The notes: generated by a model from the sequence alone, not told the origin. 64,000 nt of DNA from Candidatus Moraniibacteriota bacterium (GCA_030679895.1 JAUXSN010000003.1:5517-69516); one strand, 5' to 3'. Shown: positions 26,924 to 36,980, counted from the stretch's first letter. Translations and numbers: made by a program.

Positions 26924-27029
26924 ATCTTTAATTTTATTTATCTGCCAACATTCTACCACAAAAAGAAAAGTCCTCCCAAGGTCGGTTAACCCCGGAAGAA
27001 CTTCGCGAAATTTTGGGCGCGCGTTGGCG

Positions 27030-27197
27030 CTATGGGTTTTTCCTGGCGATGATGATAATATCGTCGCCATCGTATCTGATTTCCTTTACCCGCTCGCCAA
27101 TTCCTTGCAGAGCAGCAAGGTTATCATAAGGAATGTCGAGAATTTGAGCTACTCTTCCGCCTTTTCGTCTTTCTTCAATGATGTCAACCAAAGCCAT
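27030..27197 (-). CDS. 55-aa hypothetical protein (below ORF-track cutoff)
   Basis: AAGGAGA RBS then MALVDIIEERRKGGRVAQILDIPYDNLAALQGIGERVKEIRYDGDDIIIIARKNP. Confidence 0.55.
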   Translation of the reverse strand: MALVDIIEERRKGGRVAQILDIPYDNLAALQGIGERVKEIRYDGDDIIIIARKNP

Positions 27198-27220
27198 TCT
27201 CCTTTTTTTTCGAATTTTCG

Positions 27221-27383
27221 AAAATAAAAAACCGCGCCTTGGAAGGCCGGTCTTTGGTTTGCTTATAATTCTTCGGAAGCTTTATCTTTTTGCTAAAATT
27301 CTATTCAAACCAAAACCGACCTGGCGCGTAAACCAGAAAAAATAATAGCTGGAAGAAAAAGTTTTGGATTGCTTAGAATTCAT
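27221..27383 (-). promoter_or_regulatory. Candidate aromatic-rich leader peptide attenuator
   Basis: Leader 27383..27282 MNSKQSKTFSSSYYFFWFTRQVGFGLNRILAKR; terminator accggccttccaaggcgcggt-TTTTT; leader segment cgcgccaggtcggttttggtttg is complementary to the terminator region. Confidence 0.55.
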
Positions 27384-27492
27384 TACGATATTATATTAGC
27401 AAACTTGAAATTTATGTCAAGTATTTGCAATTAATATCTCTTGATGGATCAGGTATAATTTTGTATTATCAATATATAAAAATCTCTAATTT

Positions 27493-28674
27493 ATGGCATC
27501 GAAAGTCATTTTCGCCTCCACTCAAGACTCCGATATGCGCTACGCGGTGAAAACCCCCATCACCAGCTCTTTTTTCTATGTCGAAACTAAAGGAAAAAAA
27601 TACGCTTTTCTCGACAAGGTTGATTTTGGCACTATTTGCCCTTCAAAAGGTTTGACCTTGGGGAATTCCCCGACGAGTAGTCGGGGAAGGAAAAGGTCGA
27701 ACCTTGAAACGATTCCACTTGAACCTCTCGCAAAAGAGGCTAGAAAGCTAAAATTCCAGACTTCCAACCGCAATAAGCTGGCTTATTATATTTTTAAAAA
27801 ATACAAACTTTTGGGCCGCGAAGTCGAAGTGCCCATCCACTTTCCGCTCGATATGGCTGATTTTCTGCGAAAGAAAGGCGCGAAACTCGTTCCCACTTTT
27901 CCATTTTTTCCGGAAAGAGCCGTGAAAACCGAAGAAGAAATCGAATATATCAAAGAGTGCCTTGCTCACACAAGGCTGGCTTTTCGGATAATAGAAAATA
28001 TCTTGAGAACATCGGAAATTTCCGCCCGAGGCAGATTCGCCTTTGGCGAAAAAATTTATTACAAGAATAAAGTTCTTACATCGGAATTTTTGAAGCAGGA
28101 AGCCGAAAAAGCGCTCATCGAAAAAGGCATGTTTGACCTATTGGGAATGATTATCTCCACCGGCGAGCAGACCGCCGTTCCCCATCACGATGGAACCGGA
28201 CCAATCCATCCGCACCGACCCGTTGTCTGCGATATTTTCCCCCGCCACCGGAAATCCGGCTATTTCGCTGACATGACCCGAACTTTCGTCAAAGGAAAAC
28301 CCTCGCCGGAAATTCAAAAAATGTACGCCGCCGTTCTCAAGGCCCAGCTCGCCGCCATGAAAAAAATCCGCGCCGGAATGAGCGCGAAAGAAATCTATGA
28401 CGTCGCAACGGATATTATATCAAAAGAAGGCTATGATGTTGGCGAAAAAGGTTTTATTCATGGTCTCGGCCACGGCGTCGGACTCGACATCCACGAAAAA
28501 CCCAGCCTCAAGCCCCATTCGGAAGATGTTTTGGAAGCGGGGAACGTCATCACTATCGAGCCGGGATTATATTATCCGAAAGTTGGGGGCATTCGAATCG
28601 AGGATATGGTTCTCGTCACCAAAACCGGTTGCAAAAATCTGACCAATTATCCGAAAAAGCTGATTATTCCTTAA
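27493..28674 (+). CDS. Xaa-Pro aminopeptidase (M24 family)
   Basis: PHH, DIFP...GYFADMTRT, HGLGHGVGLDIHE, TIEPGLY, GIRIED. Confidence 0.93.
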   Translation: MASKVIFASTQDSDMRYAVKTPITSSFFYVETKGKKYAFLDKVDFGTICPSKGLTLGNSPTSSRGRKRSNLETIPLEPLAKEARKLKFQTSNRNKLAYYIFKKYKLLGREVEVPIHFPLDMADFLRKKGAKLVPTFPFFPERAVKTEEEIEYIKECLAHTRLAFRIIENILRTSEISARGRFAFGEKIYYKNKVLTSEFLKQEAEKALIEKGMFDLLGMIISTGEQTAVPHHDGTGPIHPHRPVVCDIFPRHRKSGYFADMTRTFVKGKPSPEIQKMYAAVLKAQLAAMKKIRAGMSAKEIYDVATDIISKEGYDVGEKGFIHGLGHGVGLDIHEKPSLKPHSEDVLEAGNVITIEPGLYYPKVGGIRIEDMVLVTKTGCKNLTNYPKKLIIP

Positions 28675-28787
28675 GCATTTGCCTCGATCAGCATAGGACA
28701 TCGACAACTCTTTCAAAAAAATAAGGCCGGCTCCCTTGGGGGCCGGCGCTTTTTATTTCTGATAACGACGTTGCGCATGACTTGCCG

Positions 28788-29099
28788 CTAATGAAAAGAC
28801 GCGTGCTGGTCGAGTGCATACTCAACCTTCTTTTCTATCACCTCCTCGGATACGATATCCAAGAGGTGGGCATTTTGATTTATCACCTCCCGAATTATGA
28901 TGGGTCTGGCAACTGACAATCTGCAAGAATCGCAGATATCGAAGTTGATATTCGTGTTCACCTCCTCCAGATAAAGGCTGTTGTTGCAGGCAACGCTTTC
29001 TTCGCAGCATGTCCCGCAAATCCATTTCGCCAATTGACCAACTTCATGGCTGGCGACAGATGGAACAGCGCCTCCTTGACCTGAACCGTTCATGGACAC
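28788..29099 (-). CDS. Hypothetical protein with two CxxC pairs
   Basis: WICGTCC and DICDSCR; GGAGG RBS upstream of the internal ATG. Confidence 0.5.
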   Translation of the reverse strand: MSMNGSGQGGAVPSVASHEVGQLAKWICGTCCEESVACNNSLYLEEVNTNINFDICDSCRLSVARPIIIREVINQNAHLLDIVSEEVIEKKVEYALDQHASFH

Positions 29100-29230
29100 C
29101 TCCGTTGAGAATTTGATGCAAACTATATTTCTTTAATCTACTTATTTTATAACAAATGTCAACTAAAACAAGAAAATCCGCCATAAAAACGCGGAACTTT
29201 ATACATTACTAACGAGATCCGGCTTAATCA

Positions 29231-29734
29231 TTATTTTTTCAAAACTTCATATTTCACAACCGCCGTATTTTCATTAATTTCGGAAACATCAATCATTTTC
29301 AGATCAATATCAAAGTCCCCGCCGAAAACTCCAAGACCGTCGCCGAATATTTTCGGCTCGATCGTGAGCCAGATTTCGTCGATGAGTTTTCGCTCGAGAA
29401 ATTGGGAGTTCATATATGTCCCGCCGCCCAAAATTGCGGATTTATATCCCATTTTTTCCAGTTCTTCCAAAACTTTTTCCGGCTCTCCCGTTACCCATTT
29501 CACGTTTTCCGTTTCCGGTGGATTTTCAAGCAGCGTAAAAACCACATTGAGCCGATCCGGTAAAGGTTTTGGGAATGTGAAAAAGGTTTTGTCTCCCATA
29601 ATCACCACTCCATGTTCTTTGGAAGTTTTCGCAAACAGCTTCTTGTCTTCTTTCGATGTCCAATCGGGAAAATGATCGCTGTTTTTGGCGATTTTCCCGT
29701 CAGCGGTCATGGCCATCATCAAAATTATTTTCAT
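29231..29734 (-). CDS. folA: Dihydrofolate reductase family protein
   Basis: MAMTADGKIA, EDKKLF, VIMGDKTF, KPLPDRLNVV, ILGGG; directly downstream of thyA. Confidence 0.85.
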   Translation of the reverse strand: MKIILMMAMTADGKIAKNSDHFPDWTSKEDKKLFAKTSKEHGVVIMGDKTFFTFPKPLPDRLNVVFTLLENPPETENVKWVTGEPEKVLEELEKMGYKSAILGGGTYMNSQFLERKLIDEIWLTIEPKIFGDGLGVFGGDFDIDLKMIDVSEINENTAVVKYEVLKK

Positions 29735-29742
29735 ATTGAAAT

Positions 29743-29789
29743 TTCCTAAAGTTAAGCTTTCGGATTTTCCTAAAGCTTAACTTTAGGAA
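29743..29789. repeat. Nested palindromic element overlapping the thyA stop codon
   Basis: ttcctaaagttaagctttcgga-tt-ttcctaaagcttaactttaggaa. Confidence 0.8.
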
Positions 29790-30787
29790 CCGCCGACGTT
29801 GACGATTTCCGCTTTGATCGCCGGATGGGGATCATAGCCTTCAAGCGTGAAGTCTTCGTAGACAAAGTCGTCGATATCTTTTTTGTCCGGATTCAGCTTT
29901 AATGTCGGAAAAGACCTCGGCTCGCGCGCCAATTGCTCTTTCACCTGCTCGAAATGATTGGAATAGATGTGGACATCGCCAAAAAAATGGACGAACTCGC
30001 CGGCCGGAATTCCCGTCACTTGCGAAACCATTTGAAGAAGAAGCGCGTAGCTCGCTATATTGAACGGCACGCCCAGAAAAAGATCGGCGCTTCTTTGATA
30101 CATTCCCAAATTCAATTTGTCGTTCACCACCGCGAACTGAAAAGTGGTGTGGCAAAAAGGAGGAACTTCGTTTTTGTTTTGCGGGGAGGCCATAGCGTAG
30201 ATGAAGTCCGGATTCCAGGCCGAAACGCAATATGATTTTCGGTACGGCTTGTCTTTGAGGCCTTTGATGCAATAACCCAGTTGGTCGATAAGATGTCCGT
30301 CACTTCCCGGCCATTTGCGCCACATCCGGCCGTAGATTGTGACTAGATCGCCCCATTTTTTCACAAAATCGCTGTCCGCCGGTTCCGATTTCAGCTTCGC
30401 TATGAAATCTTTTTGTTCCAAATCTTGCTCCGGCGCGTTCTCAAGGCAGTGTTTGTGATATTTTTTCCAGGCCCACTCATCCCAAATGTGGACATCGCGA
30501 TCGACAAGATATTTGATGTTCGAATCCCCGGTCAGAAACCAAAGGAGTTCTTCAAAAACCCCCCGATAGAAAACTTTTTTCGTCGTAAGGAGGGGGAATC
30601 CCTGCGCGAGATCAAAGCGAATCACCCTCCCGAAAACCGAACGGATGAAAGGCAGATCTTCGCCTTTTTTCCGATACTGCTCCTGAACTTCCGGCGTGAG
30701 GAATAGCGGCTTATCCGCGCCATTTTCGAGAATATCCTTGATAAGATTGAGATATTGATATTCGGGATGGGTTTGGTTTTTATTCAT
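29783..30787 (-). CDS. thyA: Thymidylate synthase
   Basis: FPLLTTKKV, ELLWFLTG, SAWNP, PPFCH, YQRSADLFLGVPFNIASY, GDVHIYSNH. Confidence 0.97.
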   Translation of the reverse strand: MNKNQTHPEYQYLNLIKDILENGADKPLFLTPEVQEQYRKKGEDLPFIRSVFGRVIRFDLAQGFPLLTTKKVFYRGVFEELLWFLTGDSNIKYLVDRDVHIWDEWAWKKYHKHCLENAPEQDLEQKDFIAKLKSEPADSDFVKKWGDLVTIYGRMWRKWPGSDGHLIDQLGYCIKGLKDKPYRKSYCVSAWNPDFIYAMASPQNKNEVPPFCHTTFQFAVVNDKLNLGMYQRSADLFLGVPFNIASYALLLQMVSQVTGIPAGEFVHFFGDVHIYSNHFEQVKEQLAREPRSFPTLKLNPDKKDIDDFVYEDFTLEGYDPHPAIKAEIVNVGGS

Positions 30788-30812
30788 TTTCCTAAAGTCA
30801 AACTTTTTAAAA

Positions 30813-31892
30813 TTATAATCCGAGCAATTCCACTAGTTGCCGCACGAGCGAAAGCGCCACCGGCGGAGCAAGAAGGCTATACACTTCCATACCCTCGTCA
30901 TCTTTCACAATAAAAGGCTTTTCAATCGTTTTCACTTTCTTGGTCGCATCGTCAAATTCATATGAATAGGCTGGAGTTATTTCATAATCGTCAACATATT
31001 CTTTTGACTTTTCAACCGAAACGGCATTGCGAATGAGTCCTTTCTTGATACCATGCAGAGAGAAAATTTTCTCAATCAACTGATCATCCAGTTCCAGCCT
31101 GTCCCGGATGGATTCGATTCCCATCTCATCTCCTTCTTTACCGTACATCCTGGAACGTTTGTGATCGGGATTATCGCAAATCAAATAGAACTGCTTTTCT
31201 TTTTCGTCGTATTCAACTTCTTGGGTAGTGAAAAGCTTCAAATTGCGCGGCGTGTGGCAGATCGGACAAACGCGGCGCCACCTCATACGCTCATCAATGA
31301 CAGCCTCAGGAATATCGATTGCAATGAAGATGTCAGGATCCTGTCGGTAATCAACCAATTGCTTGAAAAACAAGGAATAGGAAACCTGATCTAAATTTCT
31401 CGGAAAACCGTCGACAAAGATTATTTTCTTTCCAATTTTGTCGATTTCCCTCTTTACCATGGCCATTATAAATTCATTCGGAAGCAAAGTTTTCTGGTCT
31501 CGTCCCAAAAGTGCGTCAATTGCTTGTTCGGGAGAAATATAACCTCGATAATTCTCATGAAGGTAGTCAAGGAGTTCCTTTTTCTGATTCTCGTCTTCCA
31601 TCGCCGTGTGAACATCCCGAACGATGTCTCCCACTGAAAGGTGGGCAATTTTGTCACGGCCGAAAATCTCCATCAAAAGTTTGGTATAGGTTCCCTTTCC
31701 GGCATTCTTTTTGCCGAGAAGATAGACGATAAAAGTTTTTCCTTCATCGATATATTTTTTCAGTTTTGCTATATCCTCGCCAGCTTTGGCCTCAAAGTAT
31801 TCTTTTCTTTTATTTATGTCCGATAGATTATATTTCTTCGTCATACCCTCAGCTTTTGTCGAGAACAGCGGAAATTCTTTTTCGTATTTCAT
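30813..31892 (-). CDS. adk: Adenylate kinase-like nucleoside monophosphate kinase (extended)
   Basis: GKKNAGKGT P-loop, HLSVGDIVR, DGFPRN, LID RRVCPIC. Confidence 0.8.
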   Translation of the reverse strand: MKYEKEFPLFSTKAEGMTKKYNLSDINKRKEYFEAKAGEDIAKLKKYIDEGKTFIVYLLGKKNAGKGTYTKLLMEIFGRDKIAHLSVGDIVRDVHTAMEDENQKKELLDYLHENYRGYISPEQAIDALLGRDQKTLLPNEFIMAMVKREIDKIGKKIIFVDGFPRNLDQVSYSLFFKQLVDYRQDPDIFIAIDIPEAVIDERMRWRRVCPICHTPRNLKLFTTQEVEYDEKEKQFYLICDNPDHKRSRMYGKEGDEMGIESIRDRLELDDQLIEKIFSLHGIKKGLIRNAVSVEKSKEYVDDYEITPAYSYEFDDATKKVKTIEKPFIVKDDEGMEVYSLLAPPVALSLVRQLVELLGL

Positions 31893-32041
31893 GGTTTATT
31901 TAGATAGTTAAGGGATTTATAAAAAATTAGCTTTCCCCAGCTAACATTCTGATTTTAGCAGAGAAAAAAAATTGAGGCAAGAAAAAAGGGAGCCCGAAGA
32001 CCCCCGATAAACGCATAGAATGAAGAATTGAAAGCCGGAAG

Positions 32042-32467
32042 TCAGCGCTGGCCTTTCGCGAGGCTGGATCTGTCAACCTCCAGATAGTATATTTCTGTGT
32101 CGCCGCCGCCATACATTTTCTTTCGCCATTCCCCCTGAACCCTGGCCGGAGATAAGATATTGTCAGTTTTGCACCGAATCAATATGGCACAGCAACCGCC
32201 TTCTTTTCCCCTCAAATAAAAGAGGTGGCCGGAATCAAACGCTTCCGTCCATTCAAGATTGTCTCTGTGGCCGAAAGGGTTTCTTGTTATTTTTTCCGGA
32301 AAACCAATCACCTCCAGTTTCGCTCCTACGGGAAATTCCTTTGGGCTTATCGCCAATTCCCCGATTGGTACGTATTGGTAGTGGTATTCTTCATCACTCT
32401 TACCCCCTCCGCATCCCATCACCACGGCCAAAATGAAAATGAGCAATAAGTTTCTCAAAGCCTGCAT
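32042..32467 (-). CDS. Hypothetical lipoprotein
   Basis: Lipobox-like LAVVMGC after a hydrophobic stretch; start moved to MQALRN. Confidence 0.6.
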   Translation of the reverse strand: MQALRNLLLIFILAVVMGCGGGKSDEEYHYQYVPIGELAISPKEFPVGAKLEVIGFPEKITRNPFGHRDNLEWTEAFDSGHLFYLRGKEGGCCAILIRCKTDNILSPARVQGEWRKKMYGGGDTEIYYLEVDRSSLAKGQR

Positions 32468-32875
32468 GAGGCATACCCCCTTTTTTTTATGAGAATTTTT
32501 CTTTTTCATAGCAGGAAAAGAGATTTTTTGCAAGAAAAAAGGCCGAGTCGTTTGACTGGCCTCTTCGGTTGAATCCCGAGGGAAAGAAGTTTTTTAACTT
32601 CACTCGGGCCTCCTTTTGCGTATTGTGTTTAGGACGCCTCCCCGCCGCGATGTTCCGCGACGTTTTAGATTTTTGTCAAACTGCGCTCCGGGAAATTCAC
32701 GGAGCAACTCAGTTGAACTTGGGCATCACCTCCTTGGTCGTAAATGGATTAGATTAAGACCGAATCCAGTAAACCAACAAGGCAGAGCCAAATTATAATA
32801 TGTATAACTATACACCGCGCCGGCTCAAGCGCTTCCCATAGTTTCATGGCATCACCCCTTCTTGGTAATAACTGT

Positions 32876-33271
32876 TTATTCCGTTCGGAGATATTTCGGG
32901 TCCGGGACCGCATTGTCGGAAGCGATGTACAGAATAACGGAACCAGCACCTCCGATAAATGATTTCAAAATCGCATCTCCAGGATAACCGTTTTTGGCTG
33001 AATGATCTTTCAAATACGCGGTAATCTCCGGGTTGCGAAACCTTTCACCGTTAGTTGATGTATAAATGTAACGATAAGTATAGTTTCGTTTTTCAGATGG
33101 CATAAAATCCACCGCTGTCCCGAATTTTTTCTTTAAGGTGCTGTTGAACTGGTCCACGTTTACTACGGGACGATAATCGACCTTTGGAAGAACCGGGATT
33201 AATACCAGAAATAGAATGAGCCCCACAAAAATAATGCCCACGATGTAAGCAATAATTCTTCCCAAATTCAT
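32876..33271 (-). CDS. Hypothetical membrane-anchored protein
   Basis: N-terminal TM helix from MNLGRIIAY; purine-rich RBS. Confidence 0.6.
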   Translation of the reverse strand: MNLGRIIAYIVGIIFVGLILFLVLIPVLPKVDYRPVVNVDQFNSTLKKKFGTAVDFMPSEKRNYTYRYIYTSTNGERFRNPEITAYLKDHSAKNGYPGDAILKSFIGGAGSVILYIASDNAVPDPKYLRTE

Positions 33272-33473
33272 ATCTTTCCCCTTCCTCGAGAAATTTTTTT
33301 TAATCTCATACGCGCACTTTCGTGCAGCGTAATGTATCATTTTATCACAAAAAAACAGCCGTGTCAATCGGTTGTGAAACATTCGATAAAAGAGGCTTAT
33401 AAAAGCCTTGGAAAAGGCGGATAAAAAATTGAATAAATCAATACTGACTCGACAATCATAATTGCTTCTCAAT

Positions 33474-33554
33474 TGTCATCCCGGGCTTGACCCGGGATCC
33501 AGAAAATAAAATTTTGTGCAAAGAAACTGGATTCCCGCTTTCGCGGGAATGACA
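33474..33554. repeat. REP/RPE-like bipartite hairpin element, copy 1
   Basis: tgtcatcccgggcttgacccgggatccag...ctggattcccgctttcgcgggaatgaca. Confidence 0.85.
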
Positions 33555-33615
33555 CTGCATTTATATTTTTGAGTTTTGCGCTGTGGCTTTGCGCTTTGCA
33601 TTTTGAGTTTTGCGT

Positions 33616-34650
33616 TTATTTTAATTTAGTTTGCCCTCTCTTCGTCATTTCAAATTTCAATTCGCCAAATTCCATTGTGCGATCGGGATTGATTGTCACT
33701 TCCACTCCCAGACCTTCCATCGTTTCTTTTTGAAAATACTGGTCGAAGACGAAATTTCCAAGAGAATAATATATTTTTTTGCTGTTGTATTCCTCGCTGT
33801 TTTGAACAACGTGCGGGTGTGTGCCGATGATTGCGTCCGCGCCGGCATCGATGAACCGGTAGGCGAGAGCGCGAACCGCTTCTCCCGGATCGCCCGTTTT
33901 GTATTCCGTCCCCCAATGCGGGCAGACGATAACGATATCCGACTGCTCTTTCGCCGATTTGATGTCTTCGATCGCCGCTTCAATCGAATCCGTGACGGAA
34001 TAGTTATAACTCACAAACTCAATTCTCATTCCTTCAATTTCTTTCTCCCTACTTGGAAACTTAGTTTCCAAGTCGCCTATATTTCCGAAGTACTCCACTC
34101 CCGCTTCATCCAGATATTTTTTCGTCTGCTCGACACCCTTCGCGCCTTGATTGAGAATATGATTGTTGCCCAAATTAATTAGTTTTATATTATTCTCCGC
34201 GAGAGTCTTTGCCACTGCTGGATCAAAAGTGAAAACAAAATTCTTGCTTTCGCCAATTTTTGTATTTACACTGATTGACTTGTTTTCCGTTATCGGCCCT
34301 TCGAGGTTGCCCACGACAAGATCATATTCGGACAATTTTTCTTTCAGCGACTCGAGAGCGTAGTTGTAGTCGCCGCTGCCATATTTCCCCACCGCCTCCC
34401 GAATATGCCGGTCAAACATCATATCCCCGATGAATAGAATTTTGATGGGTTTGTTATCGTTTATGTTATTTTCCGGCGCTGGCTTGTTTTCGCTTCTTAA
34501 ATCAACCGCGCTTTGCATCGAGGAAATGCTTTTTTGCTCCTGCGCTTTCTCTTCTTTTGCTTGCTTTCTCAAATCAACATTTTGCGCACAACCCGCTAAA
34601 AATAGCACGCTAAGAAATAAAAAAGTAATTTTAAATTTTACATTTTGCAT
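33616..34650 (-). CDS. CapA family (poly-gamma-glutamate synthesis/metallophosphatase) lipoprotein
   Basis: LAGC lipobox, GDMMFDR, GNLEGP, LGNNH, HWGTEY, IIGTHPHVVQ, YSLGNFVFDQ. Confidence 0.92.
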   Translation of the reverse strand: MQNVKFKITFLFLSVLFLAGCAQNVDLRKQAKEEKAQEQKSISSMQSAVDLRSENKPAPENNINDNKPIKILFIGDMMFDRHIREAVGKYGSGDYNYALESLKEKLSEYDLVVGNLEGPITENKSISVNTKIGESKNFVFTFDPAVAKTLAENNIKLINLGNNHILNQGAKGVEQTKKYLDEAGVEYFGNIGDLETKFPSREKEIEGMRIEFVSYNYSVTDSIEAAIEDIKSAKEQSDIVIVCPHWGTEYKTGDPGEAVRALAYRFIDAGADAIIGTHPHVVQNSEEYNSKKIYYSLGNFVFDQYFQKETMEGLGVEVTINPDRTMEFGELKFEMTKRGQTKLK

Positions 34651-35479
34651 TTTGACTTTTACACTTATATATTATGTCTCCCTTTTCATCCGTCCTCAAA
34701 ATTTCGACGCCTTTATTCTTGAATTCTTCCAGAATAATTTCCGTCGGATGTCCGTAGGAATTGTTTTTGCCGACGGAAATTACGGCATCTTTCGGCGTCA
34801 CCTTATCAAGAAACGCGTCCGTTGTCGAATATTTCGAGCCATGATGGGCCACTTTCAGGATATCCGCGTCGATGTTTTCGCCGCTTTCAAGAATTTCATT
34901 TTCAGCGGAGGATTCGATATCGCCCGTGAAAAGAAAAGAGCTCTCTCCAAAATCCAGCCGCGTTACGACCGATTTGTTGTTCGCTTCGCCGATCGCGGGA
35001 TCAACTAGCGCTTGGGGATGAATAATTTTTATTTCGGCGTCATCGAAGCTTATCTTGTCGCCCCGCATAGCTTCGATTGTCTCAACTTTGTTATAGTCCA
35101 AAATCTCTTTCCATTCCTTATAGACCTCGGTATTCTTTCCCGCGCCAGTCGTCAAAACTTTCCCGATCTTATAATTCCTCGCCGCTTCCACGAGCCCCGC
35201 GATATGATCCTTGTCCGGATGAGTCGCGATCACGACATCAATCTCGTTGTCAAAATAGGGCATATATTTTCCCAGTTTCGCCATTTCCACTTTCCCGCTC
35301 GGCCCGCCGTCAATCAAAATCTGCTTTGTCCCTTTTTGAATCAAAATTGAATCCCCCTGCCCGACATCGAGAAAAATAATCTGTAGGTGTCCGACACCTA
35401 CAGAAATTTGGTAGGAGAGATAGGCAAATATGGCCGCTAAAGCCGCGAGCGTTATTAAATAAAGTTTTCTATTCTGCAT
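34631..35479 (-). CDS. ComEC/Rec2 metallo-beta-lactamase domain protein
   Basis: LDVGQGDS, THPDKDH, LFTGD, KVAHHGS, NSYGHP. Confidence 0.92.
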   Translation of the reverse strand: MQNRKLYLITLAALAAIFAYLSYQISVGVGHLQIIFLDVGQGDSILIQKGTKQILIDGGPSGKVEMAKLGKYMPYFDNEIDVVIATHPDKDHIAGLVEAARNYKIGKVLTTGAGKNTEVYKEWKEILDYNKVETIEAMRGDKISFDDAEIKIIHPQALVDPAIGEANNKSVVTRLDFGESSFLFTGDIESSAENEILESGENIDADILKVAHHGSKYSTTDAFLDKVTPKDAVISVGKNNSYGHPTEIILEEFKNKGVEILRTDEKGDIIYKCKSQNAKCKI

Positions 35480-36932
35480 TGTTTGAGATTTCTTTGCAAT
35501 TTTTAATCTTCCAAAAATATAAAATAACAAACAGTCCCGCGTAATAAATTGTTGCATAAACCCACCCGAAATTTTTTATTTCTACCGACGCCCAGGATAG
35601 ATCGCCCAATCCCTGGACGATGGCTAATTCCAATTTCAGGAGAAGATACGGAATGAACCCGACAAGCTTCCCCAGCGGAACAAAAATAAAACCGGCTATC
35701 CCCGCCGCGAAGCCCGTCCCCATTATATAAGGTATCGCCGGCAAAATCAGTAAATTCGCAAGAGGGGAGACCAAAGAAAGTTTTTCAAAGGAATTGAGAA
35801 GGATCGGCAAAACGAAAATTTGAGCCGCCATCGTCATCAAAATTGTTTCCTTCAAAATGTTCGGACTCCCCTTTTGAAAAAATTTTTCAAACAGGGGATA
35901 GAGCCAGACGATTCCGAGCGTGGCAAAAAACGAAAGCTGAAAACCGGCGTCGTATCTCAACAATAACGGATTTATGAGAAGCATAACAGCGGCCGCCAAA
36001 ATAATCGCGTTTGTGGAGTTCGCGAGCCTCCCCTCTTTCATCGCCCAAATGACCAGCGCGCCCATAATCCCCGCTCTTACGGCAGAGCTCGGCGCGCCAG
36101 TCATGAGAACAAAGATCACAATTCCCAAAACCGCAAAAGAAAACACTTGCTGGCGCCAAAGGCCCAAAAAGATCCCGAGCCACATCAGAAACGCGGCCAC
36201 AATCGTCACGTTGTATCCCGAAACGGCCACCGTGTGCGTCGTTCCCGTTCTTGAAAATGCGTCGTTCAAATCCTTCGTCATTCGTTTGCTGCCTCCCAAA
36301 AGCAGTCCTTTGAGATACGCGCCTTCCGGATCGGGAAAAATCGCCGAAAGTTTTTCTTCAAACTTGTTTTTGACTGCCAAAACTGCTGAATAAAATATGC
36401 TTCCTTTGTTTTTTGCGACCGCTGTGATTTGCGCCCTGTTGCAAACGCGATGAATCCCGTCCTTCGCGAGATACATTTGATAATCAAAGTTCGAATCTTC
36501 AAAGTTCTTGGGTTCCTGCAAAATACATTTTGTTTTCAGCTCATCGCCATAATTATATGCCGGGTATATTTCTGTGTTTATGAGTATCTTGTTTTTCTCA
36601 CCGTCCTCGACTATAACCTTTTGATATTTTTCGTCTGTTTCCGGTTCCTTGATGACCGCCGCTGAAAATTCGACCGAACCGAGTTTCTCGCCGGCTAAAT
36701 TATTTTTTGCGCTATCAAGCGAAATATTCGTTCGCCAAATTCCAATGGCCAAAAACAAAATAGCCGCACTCGCGACTATAGCTTTTTTGTTTTTATAATT
36801 GATGATAAATATAACTATTCCCGAAGCAACAAAAACCAAGAGAGAAAATTTTTCAAACCGAAAAAACGACGCCAAAAAAACACCGAGCAAAAAACAAAGG
36901 GATAATATCAAAAATATTCTGGATTTGGTCAC
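35469..36932 (-). CDS. comEC: ComEC/Rec2 competence membrane protein
   Basis: GLLLG, TGTTHTVAVSGYN, SAVRAGIM, GFQLSF; multiple TM helices. Confidence 0.93.
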   Translation of the reverse strand: MTKSRIFLILSLCFLLGVFLASFFRFEKFSLLVFVASGIVIFIINYKNKKAIVASAAILFLAIGIWRTNISLDSAKNNLAGEKLGSVEFSAAVIKEPETDEKYQKVIVEDGEKNKILINTEIYPAYNYGDELKTKCILQEPKNFEDSNFDYQMYLAKDGIHRVCNRAQITAVAKNKGSIFYSAVLAVKNKFEEKLSAIFPDPEGAYLKGLLLGGSKRMTKDLNDAFSRTGTTHTVAVSGYNVTIVAAFLMWLGIFLGLWRQQVFSFAVLGIVIFVLMTGAPSSAVRAGIMGALVIWAMKEGRLANSTNAIILAAAVMLLINPLLLRYDAGFQLSFFATLGIVWLYPLFEKFFQKGSPNILKETILMTMAAQIFVLPILLNSFEKLSLVSPLANLLILPAIPYIMGTGFAAGIAGFIFVPLGKLVGFIPYLLLKLELAIVQGLGDLSWASVEIKNFGWVYATIYYAGLFVILYFWKIKNCKEISNNAE

Positions 36933-36946
36933 AAGATCATTATATC

Positions 36947-36974
36947 AAAAAAAGCGGGCCGAAACCCGCTTTTT
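36947..36974. terminator. Hairpin terminator
   Basis: aaaaaaagcggg-ccgaaa-cccgcttttt. Confidence 0.7.
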
Positions 36975-36980
36975 ATCATC

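Noticed and set aside
25982-27070. 49-aa N-terminal extension on the ROK kinase given by the ORF track
   Set aside because: It overlaps a separate small ORF; the ROK fold begins at MAKKANNLAIAIDIGGT (26923)
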